64,000 nt of DNA, from positions 64,670,775 to 64,734,774 of the forward strand of contig NC_068993.1 in NCBI RefSeq assembly GCF_001194135.2, in the 5' to 3' direction. Each line of letters opens with the position of its first letter. Positions within the stretch are counted from its first letter, which is position 1. The notes under the pieces are model-generated. The model was given only the letters and a program-made list of their open reading frames with translations. It ran no database searches and had not been told where the DNA came from. This document shows, piece after piece, positions 25,773-40,825 of the stretch. A program made the position numbers and the translations under genes. The DNA comes from Octopus bimaculoides. Taxonomy: Eukaryota.

Positions 25773-28023
25773 AACAACATACAAGATGAGGACAAATATC
25801 CGTCAAATGTAAATAATGTACATAATTCCTCATCTCTTAAATACAGAACTAAATCAACATTAATATTAATGTTACATTAATATAAATGCTACATTAATAT
25901 AAATGTTACATTATTTAAGCACATTGCTATGCTTATTGAAAGAGACTGCGTTAGTTTTAAAGTTTAAATAGCTTTTCTTCCTAAATGGGTCCTCAGAGAC
26001 TTCGTCAGCAGCCAGTTTCAAATTTTTAATGAAGGCCACGTAGAATTTATTATCTTAACCATGCAGGCAAGGGGGTTGGTCGCCGCAAAAGTAACTGTCT
26101 CGCTTTTGATGCGATGGCTTTGGGAGGAGGATTTTATTATGGCTGATGTGGATGAAAGTGTTAATGTTGAGGTTATTTAGCCCAGAGAATAAACCTCATT
26201 GAGCGCCTATGATTAACTGGGTTCTAACAGTAAATGTCAGAGTTTATTTTATGCAATGCATTCTTTTTTTTTCTTTTTTTTTTAGGACAATAGCATGTGA
26301 TTTTTAGGGAAGTGGAGCAACCATAGGTCGCAGCTCCGTTCTTAGTTACTTGAGTCCATTTGTGTACGCACACGCACGCGCGCACATTTGTTGTTGATGA
26401 GATGAGAGTTTATAAACTTCGTGAAAACGTGAAATACTTCATCTTTGGAACTCAAAGCAGATAAAACTATAATAATATCATGAAAATATTGGTTTAGAAA
26501 TCCGTTAGATTAGAAAGTGGAAGGCTGAACCCAATATTTACATGCTATTATTTATAGCTCTATCTCCTTCGAGTTTCGCCGTTCCTATACACATACATTT
26601 TTATATAGATGAAAGTAGGTAAGCAGGTGGGTAGGTATATTGGTTTGTTTGTTAGCTGGTTTCCCGGTAGTTGGGTAGATATGTATGCATGTTTGTGTGA
26701 GTATAACAGTGCTATCTACAAATATACGTATATGATCATCTTGTATTAGACATTGTTAAGTGTCAACACTTTAGGTTGATATCTTTAATATATAAGATAC
26801 AATGAAACAGTGATGTTGCAGCCAGACTGAATTAAGATAAAGCTATATTCTTTAATTCTGTATTCTTTCCCCTTTTGGTTAAAAGTCATCAACTTTTAAC
26901 CTTTATTTGATCGGCAAAACCTTTTAGTTGCATCTCACCTTTCAACTGTGGCACATAATTCATTTCATTGAGATATTAATATATAAATAACAATTGCTTA
27001 ATGATAATCCCATCCCACGAATAGCTTACTCTACCTCCCCCCTCCCTAATGCTAACGATTAATTACACATTTGGTATACATTTAATGAGGGAAATAAACG
27101 GCCAAACTGAATGCAAAGATTTTGACAAAAGCAACCGGTTTATATGGAACTATTGTTGAATGTCCATTCATAAAACTTTTGCTCAGTCAGTCAGGGAGCC
27201 ACGACTAAAATGATATTTCTATTGATTACAGCCTAATGCAAATTAACCGTAAAAATCCGACTACACTGAGAGATTAGCTTTAATAGAAACCGGAGCCATA
27301 TCGAAAACAATAATTATGCAAGTGAAATAGGAATCCGGTCCGTTATTGAGCTAAATAATTTAATTGAGAAATAATCACAGCTTAAAATAAAACTTTGCTG
27401 TATACAAAGAATTAAATAAGTGTTATCAAAATTCTAAAGTGAATTTCATGATTGGTAATCAGTAATCAAAGGTTTAAAGAATAATAAACTATATGACTTT
27501 TAGCACACACTACCTAAGTTTAAGGTTATTTACAGCATTCTATACTACTTTGCTCAGCTAAAAACAATTACCAGACTGAGAAAGCTGTACTACAGACTAT
27601 AGTTTTATATGTATGCAGAGGAATTTTGTGTGTATGTGCGTGATCTGTGTAGATGTACAAATAGAATGCAAGCCTTTAAACTGCACTTAAATTGGGGAGG
27701 TGCAGTTTTATGCAGACATAAAAACGATAAAACATGCATGTATAGGTAAAAAAATATCGGAGGAAGTCTGATGGAAACGAACTAAAAGATACAATGGGGA
27801 GCGTATTCGTTAAAATCTATTATTTTACGCTTTTATATTTTTGATATAGTTTTTTACTTGCAGATTTTTTTTAAATGTTTGTGTATTTATATATTTTTAA
27901 TTTATCGTGTAAAAAGAGAGTATGTATTTATATCTTTTTAATTTATCATGTCCTTTAAATCCATCTCTAATCGGAGTCATATTTTGCGGATTGAATTACC
28001 AGGTCTTTTGTTTCTGCACGTTA

Positions 28024-28054
<31 letters not shown>

Positions 28055-30035
28055 AAAAAAAAAATCATAACCGTTTTACGATGTGCGCTTGTAAAGTTAT
28101 GCATATGTGTAACTTTGGAAACTGCAAACTGTGTGTTATGTCTGAACATTGCGTCTATGACTGTTAAGATATTAGATTAGAAAACCAAACCAAACCGAAA
28201 GAAGAATAACCGAAAAACCACACACATTTACATTCAGGGAATGATCTAATCGAAGCTTAAACAGATTTTCCTGAGGCAGTCAAGTCACATTTATGACCCA
28301 TAATTACACGATTATCAGAGCAATCGTTAATAATTTGAAACACTGAAAGTTCGTGGAAATCCTACAAATGGCGCAGTTTGTTTACACAGAACCTAACACA
28401 AAGAACCGTTGCCATTATTCTGTGGAAATTTCGTTCAATTCGAAACGAGTAGCTTTTCAATAAGATAGAAAGATATTACGTCGTTAATAATTTGAAACGC
28501 AGTGTATATATAATATATATCCATAATATATATATATATATATATATATGACTACACACATTATGCGCACGCACAGACACACACATTGTTATTGTTGCTT
28601 TGATTATCTTCCTTTTTAGTTTCATTTCAATTATACGGTCTGTCATCAACTTTAATAAACGCAATTCAATTGATTGTAAGTAACCGTTAATGTATAGAAT
28701 TTAATTAATGTTTTTGGACCTTGCACATGCCAATATCTGTTAGTGATCAATTAAGAGCCACTAGCTTTCTCTGCCCTCAATATTTTATCTCGAATCCTCG
28801 CTAAACACGTTTGCGAATGGAAATATCACGCATTTATCTACAACCATCTCCCGTTCTCCAGGCAACTACAAGAATACAAGGATACTCCTGAACAAAGTCA
28901 TAAACAGGATTGGCAAGTTTTTAAAGATTTCGCTTGAGATTATTGAAAAGTTTGACCGCACTGAAAATAAATTTTTTAACGGAAGAGAACTGCAATTTAG
29001 CTCTGTTTGAGACAAAAATGAACGATTAACAGAATCAATGTACAATCGGCATCGACGTGATTGTTTCTGCAAATTGATTAGGAGCAGAAGTGTGATGTTG
29101 CGATGGGAGATGCTTTATTACTTCAATTTGAAGACTGAATCAGAATTGAATTCCAGTTGACACCAGCGATAATATAACCAAAGATTTTGTCATTTTTCTC
29201 AGCCGAAAGTTAAGAATTATTGAGGATGAATATAACAGTGTATGTCAGTAAAGTTTGATCAAAAAAATTATGAAAAAAAAAAAAAAAAGAACGAAAACGT
29301 CAAACTAATAAAAGAAGCGAGTGAAATTGCCGCTATTTAATATCTTGGTGCGTTATATAAAACAATGGAAGGAAATTGTTACAAAAGAACTCGATGGATA
29401 ATTCGGGGATACAGAGCTTGCTTAATCCATTGTGTAGGTTTTATTTTTATATATATTTTCTAGGATTTGTAATAATTGTTTCTGTTGATTATTATCCTTA
29501 ATTAATTTGCGAAAAAGCGAGGGCACAGGATGCTTAACACATTACGTTAAGCAAGAGTTAACTTTGTTTATAGTTTTGTGAAGGTCGGCAAACGAGGGGC
29601 AACACCTGAACCATATAATCCATGATTGTTTGCGTACTGACACGTGGAGGCACACAAAGATACACACACACATACAATCACACATACACACATACATATA
29701 TTCATTAACACACACACACACACACACACAGACCATTTCAAAGAATTAACCCAGTAAGAGGTAAAAATATTCTATGATGATGCAGACACATAACCTTCAT
29801 GGGTCTGGTTAATTATAACGAAATCCTGCTTGATAGATAACGACACAGTTGTGCAGAACATTGACAACAATACCGTCTTTTAGGCTGATATGGATGGAAT
29901 CACAGCCTCACACTCACCCTCTTCTTCACTGACATGCTCAAGCATCATACATATATTATAGAAACAAACATACACACATGTATAAACACACACACACACT
30001 CAAACACACACATATACATACACACACACACACAC

Positions 30036-30097
<62 letters not shown>

Positions 30098-31219
30098 ATA
30101 TAAATGTATTTCCAGTCTTATTTTTAATATTTTCATTTTCTTTATGGAACCATTTTCCATAGAGAATCATAATGTCCCTAGTTCATTTTATGTTTGTGTG
30201 CACATTTGTATATATATATATGCACGTACATATCTACGTATATATGTACATATGTGTGCATCTATGAATGTATGTTTGTGTGTGAGTGCGTGTATGCAGC
30301 TATGCACATACATGTATATATGTACGCGTGTGCATGAACAGTAATATGATTTATAATTTAACTTATTTCATTCGCACGGACCGTATCTATTTTGTTAGGG
30401 CTTCGAATATGGTTTAATATTATTTTCCTATACACATGTGAATGTCATAGAGAGATTCTTTACATGTTAGGCTTTTCATTTGCAAGAATTTATCTTTATT
30501 TTCTCTTTTACATGCTGCTACTCATTCGATTTGTATGTATATACGTAATAATTTGCTCATTTCCCATCTCGCGAAAAACCTATATGAAGCATCAGTGGTT
30601 AATGAAATAAAACTAACTGAGCGAGATACATAAATGTCGGCGTGGTTTCAGTCAGTTGAGCGAGCTTCATTTCCCGGTTGTAGTTATTTCGCTTCAGTTA
30701 CGTCAGAAAGGAATATATCGTATAAGTTATACACAAGACCCACTTTTACTTCACATGCCATCGTAAATGCTGAGAGATTTTGCCGATGTAAGTAATATAA
30801 ATTTCTACCACCTGAACTGTTTTGTTCATTGTATTTATTCAAATGTAAATCGAGATTAATCTTCAAACTGATTAAACTTCTGAGACCACAAGGGAGTTCA
30901 CTACGCAATATCACAGCCTGGAAGAAAACGAGCGAGTGAGAGAGACCCTATACGACCATTTAACCTGACAGAACAAGTAAAATGATCTAAAAATCATGCA
31001 GCCATCGTAAAAGCGAAGAGGCACATTTTTATTTGTTGTTGGGGTACATTGACATTTTCTGGTGTCAGCCAGATCTGAAAGCCAAAGCTATGGGCTATCT
31101 GAACGCAGTACATTGAGATCCGGAAAGAATACTGCACTGTCTTCTAGATGTCACTCTAACGAATCCGCCAACTCGTCGCTCGCCTAACCTTTTTAGTAAT
31201 GGGGTTCTAGGCTGCTACA

Positions 31220-31930
31220 TTAATCTTCAAAAATAGAAATGATGGTCTTCAATAAAATAATCTTGGTGGATAGATTTTCTGCGAGATCAACGTCTGACGA
31301 GGCTCTTATAAAACAACCAGGGAGAAAGAGCAGTTTTGGGTAGCGGCGGTCTACGTCACTGTTTATGTGGGAATTATGTGTGCTTGTTAGTATTTTTCGG
31401 GTTTTCACATCAATGGCTCGGATCTCATCAAGCTTCCAATCAAGCAGCCCAAATGTTAGTGTTCTGACACTGCAAACACATTGTGAGCCATTGTCTTATT
31501 GAATGCAGAGAGTTCTGAGGTCCAAATTTTCTTCAATCGGCTGTAAAATTCTTTAGTGACACGTGTTTTGTTGCAGGTGCCATTGTAAGAGATATGTGCT
31601 CTTCCATTCTGGATCACAGTTGCAAGATTTACCCCATCAGTGTTGCAATTCTTGGGTGTAACGCAGGAGCAATAACTCCGTATTTCTCTAGCCACAGAGC
31701 ATGCATGCATGCATGTATGTATGTGAGTGTGTGCGCCTGTGTGTATGTTGTTTGTGCGAGATTTCTGTAGCTGTAAACCTTTTGAGCATAAATCTTATAA
31801 ATTTCTTCCACCAGTGATGATCTCGGTTTAAACGGACTGCGTAGGCACATGTTCGGAGGTATTCCTTGTTGTCACATTTTTTTCCAGGAAACAACTGATA
31901 TTTACTATACTTAATATTTTCTTCCATTTG
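31220..31930 (-). mobile_element. R4/Dong-like LINE reverse-transcriptase fragment (frameshifted, interrupted by a CA/TA repeat)
   Basis: Minus frames read NKTRVTKEFYSRLKKIWTSELSAFNKTMAHNVFAV and KTRKILTSTHNSHINSDVDR, typical of the post-YxDD region of R4/Dong RTs. Confidence 0.75.
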
Positions 31931-32439
31931 AAAACAAAATGAGCATTAATTTAGTGCAGATTTGGCTGATATTCCTGATAGGTCGTAGGAGAATGCGTAG
32001 AATATTATTCCTTGTTGGCGGGCTGTCCGCCCCTTTAGTTTGATTTAATATCTATTCCATCATTACGGCTAATAACACATCCGTTTGTCCTCGTAATGAA
32101 TCTACTTATCCATTGAATCAAAGGATTCTTACAAAATTTATTCTTTTTTCTCTTCTCCACTGGTTCGTTTCAGTTGCAGCTTTTTTTTTTTTCGATATTT
32201 CTTCATAGCGATCTCTTCAATTGTACCCAGATTTTATCTTGTATTATAATGTGTTATATGTTTATTTATTTATTTTCTTATCTTTCTGAAGCCCATCTCG
32301 TCTCTGTCTGCGATGGTCGGTAATTCTTGCTCACGCACCGCATTTTATTCTTGTAACTCCCTCTCCGGTTGTCTATATGCTTCACTCTCATTTCTCTCTC
32401 TCTCTGTGTCACTTTCTGTCTTTATGTACACTCTCATAC

Positions 32440-32493
<54 letters not shown>

Positions 32494-33079
32494 ACACACA
32501 CACATATGTATGTATGTGTGGATATGTGTATGAGAGAGAGGGGAGAATATTTGTATATCCCTACACGGTTTCAATCTCTTTTTTACAGTCGTCTATTTTC
32601 CTCTTGCTGTGCTGAAGATATAAGATAAAACAGGACATTTTCATATTTATATTTTCACGTTTTGACATTTATTCTTCGTTTTATAGCAGAAATGTTATTC
32701 AAATGCCATTTATCACAGATCTCACAATTTTCAGATATAAATATTGGCAAAGAAAGAACATTCCGATGATAGGACATTTCTATTATATACGACAATGGCA
32801 ATGGTTTTTATTTTATACAAAAGGCCTCATCTTATTAAGTCAGTGTAAGTTGGCGAAAATATTCACCTGACATAACAATAACAATGAAACCGCGTTCTTT
32901 TTCTACTGTCTGATTTGTTTGAGCTTAGCTCATTCGTATTTATGCATATATATATATATGTGTGTGCGCGCGTGCATGAATATATATGTATATATATATA
33001 TATATATATACATATATCCGTTTGTGTCTATAACTATGTATATATATANNNNNNNNNNCTATGTATATATATATGCACA

Positions 33080-33128
<49 letters not shown>

Positions 33129-36100
33129 GTGCTTACACCCACACACATATATGTATTAATACATTATACATACTTATGTGTGTGTGTTTACATAAGCACC
33201 ATCGCACCTGACCGTCGCAGATTTCCCAGATGACTACCATATATGCTGTTTGCTTGTTTTCCAGTAAGGCTGAGGTAGCGATTGTTTTAAGAAAATAAAC
33301 GTTTTGTTTTTATTAGTCAATTTTTATTTTTAATATTTGAAATTCTTTGCCATATCTGTCTTCTTCAAGTCCAAACATTTCGGCTTGATATACCGATAAG
33401 GTCAACGAATCTCTGCCTGGCAGATTTAGGCCATTAAGAATTATGAGGTTCAGGTATATCGCAAATATTTGAGAACACACTAATTCTTCAGCTCCTGATG
33501 AGTCGGTGGTAAGGTTGATGTGAACATAGGAACGTCATGGCTCGGATGTATTATATTCACACGCGGAGAATAGATCCCTAAATATTCTTTACTACTGTGC
33601 ACTGTCTCCAGTGTTGATTTATCTCATGTTTTCTGTTTCTAATTACGCTTATGGTTGATCTGGCAATTGCATTTCAACGTCTGTTATGACATAGCAAATA
33701 CGTTTCATTTGGCCATGACCATCACTTTTAACACGTCAGTGTGTAAGCTATACAGTATGATCGAGAGAAAATATTTGAGGGGAGGATTTTTCGTTATAAA
33801 TATGAAAACATAATATAGAAACCTTCTGCTAGTTGAGATTATTAGTAAATAAGTTTGCATGTTTAGAATCTAAAAGACTCTCCAGAGAAGGTAAAGTCCA
33901 ATAAGATAACTGAAACTTTTGAAATATGCGGATATAATGAGTGTGGACCTGATATTTAACCTGATATGGTAATGTATCAACATTATAATATCATAGTTGT
34001 TGTTTAGGCCAAGCGAGTCTTCATCTAACCAACCTGTGATCAAATGCATTCCAGCCGTGATCATCCAACCATTTATTTAATCATGATTTCTTCCTCTTTT
34101 ACAACGATGGGGTTATGGTTAGAGGCAGATTTTTCAGCTATTTCTAGCAACTCCATTTAGTAGTCACATGGAGGTTTTCTTCTGAGAAATGGACGTCTTA
34201 TTTGAATACTGACGAGAATGAGGAATTTAGTTTAGCATTTTGATAAAGCAGCATGTTTGAAGAGTGAAATCGATATTTCAAACTTAGCTTTTAGATTCAG
34301 ATGTCAAATAAAAACAAAAGTGAAACTGAACAAAACGAAAAGAAAAAATAACCGGAAAGGTAAGACGTGTACAACAGTGTTAAAATTGTGCAAAAGAAGG
34401 AGAAAGAAAGTGTCTTCATTTTGCCCGCTCTACCAGTCGTAGTATATTCCTTGGTGTATGCGATTCTTTCGACGTATTTTCGTGTTAAAAACTATTGTCT
34501 TCTTTGGTTTTAACTTTGGAAAACAAGAAATAACAGTTTTGGTTGCCTGCAGTTTTCTAAAATAGATCTCTCTCTTTCTCTTCCCTCGCTCTCACTATTT
34601 CTCTCTCCTCTCCCTCTCTCTGCATGTGCGTTTGTGTGTGTGCGCGCGCGGGCGCGCATTTTTCTTTTTTTTTTTAATGTGTACATAAATAGCAGACGTA
34701 CACCGACGTTCGTCCTTTTTTCAAAATACATTAATTTCCATGTTTCCTGTTCCCCAGTGAATTTTATGCGAACAAGTTAGAATTTTCGTGGTGTAAAATG
34801 TTTGCTTGAGGGATTTGGCGAAAGACTACGTATCGTCACTGCTGTGAGCTAAGCTATTCAATGAATGCATGAAGTTTCGACTGTTTGCTTAATAAACCGG
34901 AGATGGTATAGACCGGACCAGCTCATATTGCTTATGTTTCACATTGGTTTCAAATTCGATTCTGTAAGCGTCTATCAAGGAACTACTTATAACCATCAAA
35001 GGGAACATTTACTTGAATATGTGACTCACTAAACTTACTTATGTTTAAACTTTTAGTACTATATATTATATTTTCAATATCAATGTGGGAACGTTACTGC
35101 TTAGAAATGTAACGTTTTAATGAAGCAAATTCTACTGAAATATCTCATCAGCTAATTATTATGAGCGCTGATTCCAACTTGTTTCATCTTGATAGCATAC
35201 AAATCCCCACTTACATCATAAAATAGTATACTCCATAGAAATGTGTATGCACGAGTGGTGCATGTGCCTATGTTATATATTTATGTATGTATAGATAGAT
35301 AGTGAGAGAGATAGTGAGAGAGATGCGTTTATATGTTCGTAAAAAGAGGATACGATTTACCTGTACACGCGTACAGTCACACCATTTGAAAACATACACT
35401 TACTCATAAAACCAACACAAGTGCGCGCACAGACACATGTACACATATACATACACAAACAAACACACACACAAGCATACACACATATACATAAATTAAT
35501 AATCATAACATGTAGAAGCATGTGTGTATGTTTTCTCAAGTTTATAATCATTACTTTAAACCTGTTTCTTAATTGCCTTTTTGGCACCAGACCAGTTTTG
35601 AATCTTCATTATAAAGTACTTTTTTTTAATGTTATTTCTGAAATACTTTTATTAGTTTCTTTAATCTCTTAATGTAATTTAAACAGACATAGTGAAAAAA
35701 ATAAACCGCTTTCAAGATTGGTCGATGTCTTTACTTACATAGAATTACTTGAGGAATATAATTCTGGAGAAAAGTAAATAAATTCAAAATAATCTCCACT
35801 AGATGGCAATCAGCAATACAAATCAGACATATTAAAAGTACTTTATGAAAAGCTACAAAGAAATTATTTTTGCACAATTTTTCTTATCTTATTTTCTTTT
35901 TAATGTCAAAGCCATTCCCAATAATTTTTTTCATTATTTTTTATAATTTAATTTAATTTAATTTTTCTATAAATTGAAATTGTTGTTTTGTCGACTAAAG
36001 AAGAACAGAACGTAGGAGACACCACACTTATATTATACGGGCGTGAGAGTTATAGGTTCGTTTCTCATTGGTTAATCACATTTGATTCGCATTTAACTTT

Positions 36101-37676
36101 AGAATTTATGACTTTTTTCTGTAATTATCATTAACAAATAATCCTTGAGATAATTGAGAGGAAGGTCCAGTAGTAAAATCTGGTTAAAAAATTTGCAAAG
36201 TGAAATTTAGCCCTTCTGTGTTCTGAGTTGAATACCAGCGAGGATCCACTTCTCAGGTTCTACTAGAGCTGATATAATACCAGACATACATAAAAGTTAA
36301 ATACATCGCCTCATCTAGAACGGTGGATTATCAAAATCAGTCCATATTTTGTTCACCGGCACTTTGCCGTACCCATGCCGTACCCATTACAAATCCACTA
36401 CCATTATCTGGCCCTTGGGTGCTTTAAGCCACTCTGCTGTTAACACTCGGACCAGATTACCTGTTTGAGGAGAATTATCCTCTTCTATACGTTGTGATAA
36501 TGCGGTTTTCCTGTGGTACCTTTATGGTCTAATGGAGTTTACGACTAAATCAACTTTAAAGAAATGAGAGAGTAACCCTTACTGTTTAGCTCCTCCACCT
36601 TTTATCTAGACTGCTTAAGAAAGAATACCGACCGAAATTGACAAAAGATTAAAGAACAGGACAAAATAGAGAAGTTATTGAGAGAGAATAAATATGAAGA
36701 TTTAGCGAACAAAGAAACAGAAACAAAAGCAGAAATTCTCTATATTATAATCATTAGACAGTCTGAGAGAATATAATGCATATTTATCCTCCGTCTTTCA
36801 TTGAATAAATTCCATGCGCAATAATTCTTGGTTTACTTGACGGAATATTCTTCAGAAGCAAAATAATAAAATCAAAATGATAATACATATGGAGTTGAAG
36901 ATGATAACGATAGCAATAATAAAATACAACAAAAAATCAGTCGTAATTGATGTGTTAAGGAAATATATTTGCAACTCTGTATCTAAGAACTTTGCGTTTA
37001 TTACTTCAACAAAAAAAAAAAGAAAAGGAAGGAAACCTTTACAAAAAAAAAAAGAAATTAATGAAGCTTCTCTCCAGGCAAGGAATTGTTAAGACACTTA
37101 TGTTCTTTCATAAAATGCATTACGTTTGGAAAGTTAAACAAAGTAGATATCAGTCTTATTGGGAAGACTGGGAAGTGTGCGTGCGCGCATGCACGTGTGT
37201 TTTTATGACTGTTTTACTTTCTCTGTCTTTCTCTCTCTCTTCCTCCTCTGGCTTATTTCTTTACCAATATGCCGCAATAAGGCAAAACTGATATTGAGAC
37301 GAATGAATAGATGTGTGTGTGTGTGAGGTTATAACTATACGTCTCTATGTGTACATAGATATACGTTCATATATATATATATATGTATATATGTGTGTGT
37401 GTGTGTGTAAGTGTGTATATGAGCCTTGTGAAATTGCTTGTGTTTACACAGAAAATGTGGTTTCACGTGAGGGAGAAGGCGCGTGGATGTGTACATGGGT
37501 AAATAAGCAATTTGTTTGTATGCGTGTGCGTATGTAAGTTTATGTTGATTTGTATGTGTACGTGTGAGAGAGTTTTTTAGTGTTTTGTCTGCATGAATGC
37601 TTGTGTGTGTGCGTGAGAGAGAGAGAGAGAGAGGGAGAAACACAGGAGAGGTGGTTAGTTTCGTGGGAGAAAGTAC

Positions 37677-37707
<31 letters not shown>

Positions 37708-38399
37708 GCGTGCGTGCGTGTGTGTGGAGGAGTATGTGCATGTATATCTATACATATATGCATGTGTTGTGTGTTTGGGTAAGGAGGGATGTGTGTTAAT
37801 CACTGAGAAAATTATCAGCTATCATAATCGAAAAACGAATCGTCATATAAAAGAGATCCGCTGTAATTGCAACGACAATACATCCAAGTATTAATTATCA
37901 TTTCTATTCTATTAATGTAATTCTGACTTTCTAGCGCCACTATAAAACTGTATAACTTTGACGAAACGAAACGTAACAAAACAAATCAAAAGCGAATCAA
38001 AACGAAACGAAATTAAATAAATAAAGGCTGCAGAGTAAGAAGAAGAAGAAAACTATAGAATAGATGAAAGAATGCTGTTAGAATATTCATATTTTGTGAT
38101 CAAAAGCTGACAAGTGATCAGAGTCAGAGGAGGCGGGATAAAAAAAAAATATATATATTAAGACAAATTGCATTAAACAACATCGAGCTCCGATTGAAGT
38201 TGGAGTTTCGTTTGTCTTTCAATACCTGCTTCATTCTCTTTTCAATTGTTGCCGTTTATATTACACACATGCATACAAACAGAAACACACACACAAAACA
38301 TTAGGGTGTGTGTACGCACGTAGGTGTGTGGATATTTTTGTGTGTGTGTATGTGTGTGCGTTTGCTTGCTTGCATGTGTGAATATATCTGTGGTTTATA

Positions 38400-38440
<41 letters not shown>

Positions 38441-38485
38441 AACACGTATACACGTGCATACATGAACATATATACATACATACAC

Positions 38486-38524
<39 letters not shown>

Positions 38525-39265
38525 GGCTCGTGCATATATTCTCATATACATGTGTCTGTATGTGTCTGCTCATTTATGTATGCATTTATTTCTACGTAGT
38601 GTCGTTACGCTTTGTTTTGCATTGTTGCTTTGATGAGTACAGCATAGCATTTCGTCCATTTTATATCTTTTGTTTAGGAAAATCTCTCCGGCAAATTTCA
38701 ATATATCTTCTTGGAGAGAAGACATTGAAGATGTGCTAGATGTGTTTCCATTCCGAGATTCACAGGCGATACACATAACTCTTTTATGTTGAGATAAATT
38801 AGATTCAAATGTCAGACAACATGATCTTACTTTTCAATACAAAATAAAAGCATAAATATAGAGATAAAACAAATAGAAATCGGCATATTTCATGCTTTCG
38901 CTTCCTTTCTTCGTCCTTCTTCCTTTCTTTGCTTCCCTTATTAGTTTCTATATTCATTCATTTATTTATTTATTTATTCATGTGTAGGTTTGTTGCTTTA
39001 GTTTATATCTGTATTTATTTTGCATACAACAATGCATTGTGCTCAAGTGAAAACGGGTGAAGACGTCAAGAGATCTCTATTTAATAAAATGTTTGCATAG
39101 AAGAGTGTGGATATGAGATGGTAAGTGTGTGTTTGTGTGTGCGCGCGCAATAAAATGAAAAATGATTTGGTGCCGTATTGCATTTGGCAGGAAGGGATAC
39201 AACAGCTTATGAGAATATTTGAATAACTGTATTTTTACTGCGAATGTGTACCTGTATGTGTGTGC

Positions 39266-39319
<54 letters not shown>

Positions 39320-40607
39320 GTGTGTGTATGTCTGTGTGTGTATGTGCGTGTGTATGCATGCATATGCCCTGTGGTAGTAAGAAATGACAATAACAGCTGA
39401 CCCAGTAACCACGTAATCACAAACGCTACGGCGGCTTCTACTGCTTGTGGAAAACCACTAGATCGTATCCGATTGCCTAAACTGCTGACATAGTCATTCT
39501 AAATTAATTTCTGTCTGTTATAATTCCTTTATTGTATGAAACTAAGAGTTTTTTTGTTTTTTGTTTTTTTTGTTAATGAAATCCAAAACTGAACTAAATC
39601 TAGATAAAATTGCATGTCGTCTAAAATGCAATTCATCCGTTTCTGAATCGCCTGGCTTACTACGTGCTGATGTATTAACGTTGCTTTTACCCAGACTCAA
39701 CTCTCACCGGGGTGACCTATCATTCGTACATACATTCATATACTTATACACATATCATACATATACATATACATATATACACTCAGGAATACCCTGTTTG
39801 AAGTTGCCTATATTCCAACGAGTCTTGGTCTGAGGCTAAAAACACTCTCATTCCCCATGGTTGAGAATTTCGAAAGCTACAACCAAACATGCATACATAT
39901 AAGCATACATACCTGCATGCATACATACACATGTTGTAAATGAAAATAAATATAATACAATACATCATTAAATATCGGAGAAACTGTTGTAAGTGAAAAT
40001 AAATTACCCTGACGGCAAGGTAATATGGCGGTGCTAGGACATAGATAGATAGACAAATAGATAGATAGACGGATGGACGGATAAACAGACAGACCTTGAG
40101 TGAGTGAGTGAGTGAGTAAGAGAAGGAGGGAGGGAGAAATTAAGCAAAAAAATATATAGAAAGAGGGGGGGAGATAGCGAGAGACAAACAAATGTATAAA
40201 GAGAGATACTGACAAAGACAAGTACTGTAAGTAGTCAATTACATCAGAGATGTGATTATCAACGTAAATATTGCAGTTTTCTAATGTAATTTAGTGTATA
40301 TAATAGTTGGAGAAAAGTCTGCTCACTTCGGCGATGTGTAATCACGAATAAGTTTTCAAATTGGGAAAAATTGAAGTTGTTCAATGTCTGTGCATTAAAG
40401 ACATGTGTGTATGCGTGTTTGTGCGTACATGTGTGTGTGTGTATTTATGTATATATATATATAATGTGTGTGTGTGTATATATGTATATATAATGTGGGT
40501 GTGTGTATGTATATATATATATATACATAAACACGTGTATATGTATGTACACAGGCACAGATGCCCAAATATGCATACAAAAACACACGCACGTACACAC
40601 ACACACA

Positions 40608-40670
<63 letters not shown>

Positions 40671-40792
40671 GTGTGTTTCAGTTTATGATTTGCATCTTTT
40701 TGTCAAAGTACTTCCATCATTCAATCGATATTTCTATAAATATACAGTCATTCCACTCTGTGTAAACATTCTCCATATAGGGGTGTGGTGCA

Positions 40793-40825
<33 letters not shown>

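Larger units (their letters stand above)
25345..25850. mobile_element. Palindromic non-autonomous element (family A): two head-to-head tRNA-like heads, each followed by (AAT)n and a Penelope-type hammerhead tail
   Basis: Arms ~25345-25545 and ~25565-25785 are reverse complements (the left arm has an internal deletion) around a 19-nt spacer. Right arm: A box TGGTGTAGTGG 25584-25594, B box GTTCGATTCC 25629-25638, (AAT)n, then the hammerhead motif at 25727-25772. Confidence 0.85.

Noticed and set aside
28866-29072. LRR-like SNFSIISSEIFKNLPIL on the minus strand
   Set aside because: A single imperfect repeat with wrong spacing and no splice support.
33490-33545. CTGATGA-GTCGG...TTGAT resembling a hammerhead
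   Set aside because: No GAAA after stem II and no stem I pairing. Other CTGANGA hits (e.g. ~192, 21143, 31286, 34212, 44761) also lack stems.
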